Assembly (NCBI RefSeq): GCF_964355755.1 | Contig: NC_092675.1 | Coordinates: forward strand, 7,063,812-7,127,811 | Length of the DNA: 64,000 nucleotides | DNA from: Antedon mediterranea | Taxonomy: Eukaryota; Animalia; Echinodermata | Direction of reading: 5' to 3' | Shown here: piece by piece, positions 57,501 through 64,000 of the stretch | How the letters are laid out: each line of letters opens with the position of its first letter | How positions within the stretch are numbered: position 1 is the stretch's first letter | Position numbers and translations under genes: made by a program | Notes under the pieces: model-generated | Databases searched by the model: none | What the model was told of the DNA's origin: nothing | The model's input: the letters and a program-made list of their open reading frames with translations, nothing else

Positions 57501-57991
57501 GCGTGCATCTTTTTTAAAACAGTATCGCTTAAGAGAGCATCTACCATTGCAGTTGTAAATCCTATATCAGTTGCTGTTCCAGTATTAACCACGAAGTAAT
57601 TTCCAATACGGTTATTTGCAGGGGCTGAAAAGGTTGTCGTTGATTGGCGATCAGGATACAAACATTCTGCATTACTTGTTCCCGAACAGAATTGCCGATT
57701 GGTGCTGGTATGCTCTGTATCGTGGGTATAGTGGTATAAATACCGTGATGGGTAATATAACCATCCATCTCTAGTTCCTCCATTGTTGTAACGATAATTG
57801 CTGCTAAGAATCATTATTACCGCAAATTGGTGTTTGCCAACCTTTGCCGAGATTTTAAAATGTTCAGAAATTTTAAAATAGAACTCACGGTAATCACCTC
57901 GTTCATATGCGAATATATATCTGGACGAGTGTGTTTCCTCTATCAATAAAAAGCCAAAAAGAAGACACACAAAAAAACGCAATGGTTCCAT
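48574..57991 (-). CDS. Secreted multidomain protein, copy A, about 1048 aa: signal peptide, degenerate deaminase domain, AID/APOBEC-like (SNAD-like) deaminase, Cys-rich module, SRCR, acidic linker, fibrinogen C domain. Exons 57991-57244, 56442-55554, 55218-54962, 52301-52177, 51931-51628, 51280-51033, 50577-50402, 49187-49038, 48823-48574
   Basis: All eight introns are GT-AG and phase-compatible; total 3147 nt open. [22 protein letters not shown] leader; WQHSEH...[13 protein letters not shown]; [45 protein letters not shown]; FRe[42 protein letters not shown]. Confidence 0.8.
49588..50355 (+). mobile_element. Helentron-associated (HINE/DINE-1-like) non-autonomous element
   Basis: Starts aaacaaggcc; two (GACC/GACA)n microsatellite blocks; 3' hairpin agtcgc-ttccac-gcgact followed by aaaaa. 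Confidence 0.65.
52385..52680. repeat. Degenerate ~26-28-bp minisatellite (ctttgttaaaattgctcattttctgaac)
   Basis: Recurrent aacctttgtta units. Confidence 0.7.
53299..54082. repeat. ~262-bp tandem repeat x3 in intron 3 of copy A
   Basis: acattccaaattatttggtttaaccata starts at about 53299, 53561 and 53824, with very few differences. Confidence 0.9.
56870..57062 (-). mobile_element. L2/CR1-group LINE 3' fragment
   Basis: Minus strand translates [18 protein letters not shown], typical of an L2 ORF2 C-terminus. Confidence 0.6.
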
Positions 57992-58739
57992 TGTTAGTAC
58001 CTTTCTCTGTAAAACTGAGTTTGACGCTGATAGTGTAAGGACAAAATAAATTGTGCCAAATAAGATGCATGTTCCTTTATTTGTATATTGTATGTATGAT
58101 TGATAATCTAATTTATAACAGGAAACATCATTTATATCGAGGGTTTACTGAAAAGTAGACGAAAGACAGACCTCGATTTACAGAAAAGGCTTATGTTATA
58201 CATTTCCATTATGACTAGGTTTGAAGCGGCGACGTAAAGAGTCAACACAGGTGCCGTTTTAAAGAATACGATGATTCAACCAATGGTCCAGTTGAACAAT
58301 TAATTATTGTCAATGAAATAGACTATCGACATATTTTCACTTGAAATCATCATAATATAGTCCATCAAATAAAAATAAAAATTTTATTTTGTGTTTTTTT
58401 TTTCATTTTCTTTTTAACTATAGGAATTATTAAATAAAACCTTCTTTATAAATAAGGTAATCTTTTATTTTCCTGAAGAAGTTTTTTGTTTGTTTTACTA
58501 TATAGGCCTGGTTCCAACAGTTAGGTCCATTGAAAGACAACAGAACATATTGATACGACAACATGGTCAAACACCGTTGAAAAACATTAATAACAAAATA
58601 ATAATCTTTATAATCAAATAATAATAATCAAAATAATCTTTAATGAGGAAAAACAATTAATAATAAGGAAATCTTTTATTGCGTCGGTTTTCATTAAAAT
58701 CAAAATCAATGTCATGACTGAAATCATGCATTAAAAAGT

Positions 58740-58960
58740 CAAAGTCCGAGCAGATGATAATGTCTTAAGCTTTGATTGAAAGAAGTTCAATGAATTTGCA
58801 GATTTAACATGTTTGGGAAGTTGGTTCCAAGGAAATGGAGCAGCAAGAGTAATGACCGATTAACCCATGATTTTGAAATCTGTAGTATGGGGAATAGACA
58901 TCGCGAACAGGTTTATATAAAGTAAGTAAATTAGAGATATATGAGGGAGCATTTGTAGAA
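58740..58960 (-). mobile_element. Degraded L2 LINE 3' fragment
   Basis: APSYISNLLTLYKP followed by a frameshifted AAPFPWNQLP. Confidence 0.55.
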
Positions 58961-59727
58961 CGGTAACAAAAACTGTGTGATTGCATTGGTATGTGAATTA
59001 GTATAAAAAAAACCAATGTAAAAAAAAATGAGTATAAAAACACTAATAAATAAAAAGTAATAGATACAAACAGCCCAATCCAATCTCGATTTGTTAAAAA
59101 AATGCAGACATGATAGTAAATGAAGTCTGTGCATGTATACTTGCAAATCTTTATTCATCTAATTCTTAGAAACTACGTAGGCTATTATCTAATTCCTATG
59201 CTTACCATGGTACCATCCACACAAAATGATTGACATCGTACTAAAATGCTATGTAGGTCTACAAAGCTTAACAGATGTACACTTTACAACCCGCATTGCT
59301 CCGGCATCACGAAGCAAAAACCATTGATTGATATCGAACTAACGAAAATCTCAATTTGGTCAATTCATCAATTAATACTCATGGATCTGCTCTGGTAAAT
59401 TATCAACAATTGTTAGGCACCTATACAGTAATATCATAGACTGTGGAATTTTAAGGTGAAAAACAAACTTTAACCACCATTAAGTTCTTGTTTGAACTAA
59501 TCGTACAAAAATTATGATTTCGCGTATTGAAAGGCAAACTACAGTAAACTTAATTTAACCAAAGACATTGATATCCAGGCAATGGGGTTCCGGTTGAATA
59601 TGTTTAATTCAATTACGGTTTAAGGTAAATAAGACACTTTTCCATCCAATGTTTGCTCAGTTTCAATATCAAATATTATGACATTAAATTGGTATACTCG
59701 ATAATTTATTCGACAATCTACCATTAA

Positions 59728-62700
59728 TCAATTAGGATCGGCATAGTCACCTCCTCCTCTATAGCGTCCACTAAAGATCCCTATTACAGGGTAGATCTTC
59801 ATTTCAATCGTCTTTAAAGGAGATCTATCATTTTTCCATGTGTACCAGTAGATGACGTCGTTAGGGTAATACGTACTTCGCGCATGGCTACCGAAGTATT
59901 TTCCATTAGGATTTGTATTCCCACACAATCCTCCTTTACTAAACCACCATCCGGCTTTTCTAGTACCAACACAGCTGCTATAACTGAAGTAAAAACAAGC
60001 AATTGAAATGATAATAAATGTTATATATTTAAAAAAAAATTAAATAAATCATACGCATTAACAGCATGAATCTTTTCATTATAAACTAAATCTCAGTTGA
60101 GGCTTTGGAGTCAGTGAAGGCGAAAAAGCCGTGAGTTACAACTCTGATCACCTCACTTTCTTTTCAATTTATTTTTGATTGGAAGGCAAGCAACCATGAT
60201 CAAGCTACAGCTAAATACAATAAATGTGTCCTTGTGAACTGTAGCATTACGGAATATGGATGTAAAGTCAACCTGAAGACTTTAATGAAATGACTTAAAA
60301 ACGCAATAGAATGTTTTTAAGTGTGCTGTGAATTAATAGAATTAAAAATATTTTTTTTCTTTTAAGTACAGGAAGTATATCTTGATTAGTCACTTTACCT
60401 GTAACCAGCATTAAGCCTATCCTTGGTACTGAATGGCTGATCTACGTTTGAGTTGCCATCGAACGTAAGTGGATCTGATTCGCCCATAGAATCCCCAGCA
60501 TCTCCTCCAACAAAATCACCAAGACGAAGACAGTACGGACACTCGTGGCTAAACCAAAGAAATAGTTTAATAATATGCCAGACGGTTTGCTACTATGAAT
60601 GATCAGACCCTGCTTCACCAACAAATTACTTTACAACATTTTTGTTTCAATAAGCATTCTGTACAATTATGTTTGAGTTTAATAGTCCAGACAAGGTCCA
60701 CTATCTGACTTACTTAGTTCTCTGACACGCAAAGCTACTATGTAGTAGTACGGTAACTATTATTATTTACTTGTTTTTACAGTATTATTATTATTATTAT
60801 TTTATCAAAATTTATAAAGCGTCAATTCAAAGACCGAGGTACAAAATCAAAGGCGCTGGGCATGTTAGTGGTCGAAAAAATGAGTTTTGAGCAATTTTAA
60901 AATAAGGCAACAGAAGAGCAGTGTTTAATTTGTGGGGGGAGTGAATTCCAGAGTGTGGGTGCTGCAAAAATAACGATCTATGACCAAAGGTTTTAGTGGC
61001 TATGCGTGGAACAGAGAGTAAAAAATCATCAGATGATCTAAGAGTCCGTCCAGGAACATAAAAGGTGATTAATTGACGGATGTAAGCGGGTTGGTTGAAA
61101 AGAAGTGCTTTAAAAGTAAGGAGCAAGATTTTAAATTTGATTCGATTGTCAACGGGGAGCCAGTGAAGTAGCATGGTAGTATCCGACAGTTTGGGTAAAG
61201 TAGTACATTTTTAAAGAAATGTCCACATTTTTTTAAATCGCAACGAATGCATACTGATTGAATTATAACAGAACCTTGCATTTAAAATGGGCATGTTTCA
61301 CGTTCGTCAAAATAATTGAATTTAAAATTGAGTTACTGAAAATACAGTTTCTAACCTTTCACTTTCCACCCTGAAACTCTCGTATATAGCATGTGCTGAT
61401 TTTCCGTTGAAGTCTGTCATATCAATTCGTAGACGATACGCTTTGGTGTTTGTTAAGGTGTAAATTTTCTTCAAGCCTAACCAAAAATTAGCATCTAGAT
61501 CACCAAAACCTTCTTCATACTCAACCCAATTCTGAAGATAACAAATTATATGATAATAATATTTTATGTAAATCTTCAAATATGATGCTTTAAAGAGGGA
61601 AGCTGATATTAGTGATATCACTGCTTTCCACTGGGGCCATCTACTCATAACATACGTTAAGTCTAACGAAAACCTTATTCATCAAACTAATTTAACAATT
61701 CCAAATTACTATCTAAACTCTAGCATGTAAAAATAAACATGAAAAGAAAAGACCTACCTTGTAGAAATCAACATCATCGTCTTCTCTTCGCTGGATTACT
61801 GTCCAACCACCGCCATCTGTATCCATGTCACAGTAAGCTTGGAATCTTGACGATGACGGGCCTATTTCATATACACCACTCTCTACATCATCATCATTAT
61901 TTTCAAAGCCTACATAGTCATTATTCGATCGAAAAGCACTACAGTCAAAGGGCTGTTCTTGGGATGTGCCTGTGTCTTGTCCACCTGGATCACCTTTGGC
62001 GATAACAAACGGAAAATATAATTAGCATACAGTAAATATACGATTTATTTTCGGTTTTATCAGATGCTAAAATGTTGTTTTGATCATTATGAAAATCTAT
62101 TAAAATAAGCACAAATTTATAGCACCGCACTTTTTCCAAAAATATGTAGACCTATGTAAATTAATTATTATCGGCACCGCTCTAATTTGTATTGTAATTT
62201 CTTATTTTGAAAGCAACAATCTGATCATTACTACGCGTCATCATGGGCGCTGCTTAAATCTCTTCAATACGTTGTGGTAATTAAGATGTAGTGGTACAGT
62301 ACTATCATAATCATCATCACTACGCTTTATAAGAACATTACCATATCCATCGAATGTATTGCCAGCAAAAGGCTCAGTATCTACCACGTCATCATCAGTA
62401 TCACCATCACCATCGTCATCATTATCAAGACCAGCATATACAGCACATCGTACTGACGCTGCCTCGCCTGCTCGGCAGTTTGTTCTTCCTAGACCACTAC
62501 TCGGACACGAAAAGATAGATCTCTCGGTTCCTTTGCAACCCAAATCATCTAAAATGTATCTTCCAGATCCTGAACCAAAATGAGATCTTGTCAGAGCTTC
62601 TTGTGCAACTTCAAAGTTGAGTTGTCTGCAAGCAACAGTTGCATCCTATGACATTTAAATTAGAGAAACAATTAGCATAATTTCTGAGGACTGTCATTTG

Positions 62701-63844
62701 TTAAAAGAAGATTCATCTAAGGAAGTGACCGACATCAACGGAAGTTGATCCAAATTAATGTTGACAATTGCCAACGGTTTGTGGGAACATTCATTTCTAA
62801 CGAAAAACTAGCAGTGCTTTATGACGCGTCGTATATAATGATTAACATAAAAATAACTCTGTTTATTTTAATTAAACAAAAGTTAAGTTCCATGTACTCT
62901 TTACCTTCAAATCGAAGAAATCGTCACAAACAAGAAGCCAATCTCCGTTATCGTTCCTGGCTTCTAGACGTCCCTCATAGTAAGCATTACCGTCGACCAG
63001 ACGTAGGTTTGAAGTTTCGTACATACTTTCTGTTTTTAAAATGAAACAACTTTTACCTTTATTTAGCTCTTAACTACTGTACTAATATAAACAAGAGATA
63101 TCTGAATATACACAGTAACAGCATATGTTTGATACTAACTAAGTACTCACTTAAAAACTTAACATTCACTTAAAATATAAATAAATTAATTTTCTATTAG
63201 ATAAAGAATGTAAAGGAGAATATAATTCAGAAGTGCATGAAACCAGTAATACAAATTTATATTTAAAGCAAACACGATATAGGTAATGATAATTTATAGT
63301 ACCTACAACTGTAAAAGGGAAATTGCCTCGATACAATCAGGGAGAACAACAACATACAACTGATACAACCTACCCTTAAGTACAATGCCAATCGTATCAT
63401 CAATTATATTGTTTACAATACATTTAAAAAAACTTGTATAACATCATAACGGTCTTAAGTGATAAAGTCTTATTATAGTGATTATTACCATATCATTATT
63501 TGTGTAATTTGAACAATGTACTTTACATATTGCTACTCGTTCGGGATACACATGTTTGAAATGAATATTAAATAAAGAATATACCTGGCTCTTCGTCTAA
63601 GGTACACAGGAATCCATGTTTACCCTTGTCTGGGCACTGTGATGGAATAAATTGGTAGCGCAAAATGCCAAACTGAAAGCTCTCTTCTGTTGTCGCTCCT
63701 CTATCATTTAGCGGTGGACCAATGGCACACGATGCAGAATTACATCCCTCGAGACAATATATATACTCCTCAGTAATTGTTGTTTTAGAAGCACATGCGC
63801 AGTCCATGCCTATATTTCTATCGAGCCAATTCTGCCAACAAGTT
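59728..63844 (-). CDS. Copy B (5'-truncated by window edge): Cys-rich module, SRCR, acidic linker, fibrinogen C domain. Exons 63844-63585, 63029-62905, 62645-62342, 61993-61758, 61531-61356, 60548-60399, 59983-59728
   Basis: Exon-for-exon paralog of exons 3-9 of copy A with identical phases and no stops seen. Confidence 0.85.
60785..61172 (-). mobile_element. L2 LINE 3' end fragment
   Basis: [40 protein letters not shown]; frameshifted; (AAT)n tail. Confidence 0.85.
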
Positions 63845-64000
63845 CTGTAAGAATGTTTAAAACATAAAATAGATAATTACTAAATGACAGTATTTCCTTA
63901 TCTTCTTCATTTTGGCCTACTACAATTTTCAGTTAGAACTTAGAAGAATTTATCTTTTTATTTAATTTAACTATTGTTAGCTTTATTTGGCTTAATTGTC

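Noticed and set aside
57490-57520. MHAEW in exon 1 as a catalytic HxE
   Set aside because: It aligns to the helix LKNEF of domain 2, is too close to the following strand, and no PCxxC follows (PNSEE).
58000-58260. Candidate IRF or NF-kB sites upstream of the deaminase gene
   Set aside because: Only short GAAA-type matches expected by chance in AT-rich DNA, and the TSS is unknown.

Overview
AT-rich, intron-rich animal genomic DNA, most likely an invertebrate deuterostome such as an echinoderm (inferred from gene content and SINE types). I assembled the exons by hand from GT/AG sites and checked phase compatibility. Five fairly ordinary genes are present: a sigma/pi-like glutathione S-transferase with an unusual N-terminal hydrophobic leader (+), SLC35A3 (-), ATPAF1 (+, head-to-head with SLC35A3), a threonine ammonia-lyase with a C-terminal ACT-like domain (+), and ANKRD13C (-). 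Introns carry many MITEs, SINEs, LINE fragments and minisatellites. The most striking part is the last 16 kb, a tandem pair of paralogous minus-strand genes. The complete copy (57991..48574, 9 coding exons, about 1048 aa) encodes: signal peptide, a degenerate AID/APOBEC-like deaminase domain, a second deaminase domain with an intact HxE...PCxxC motif, an RSRR furin-type site, a Cys-rich module, an SRCR domain, an acidic linker and a fibrinogen C-terminal (FReD) domain. This looks like a secreted double-domain deaminase fused to two innate-immune recognition domains. The second copy runs off the right edge of the window.
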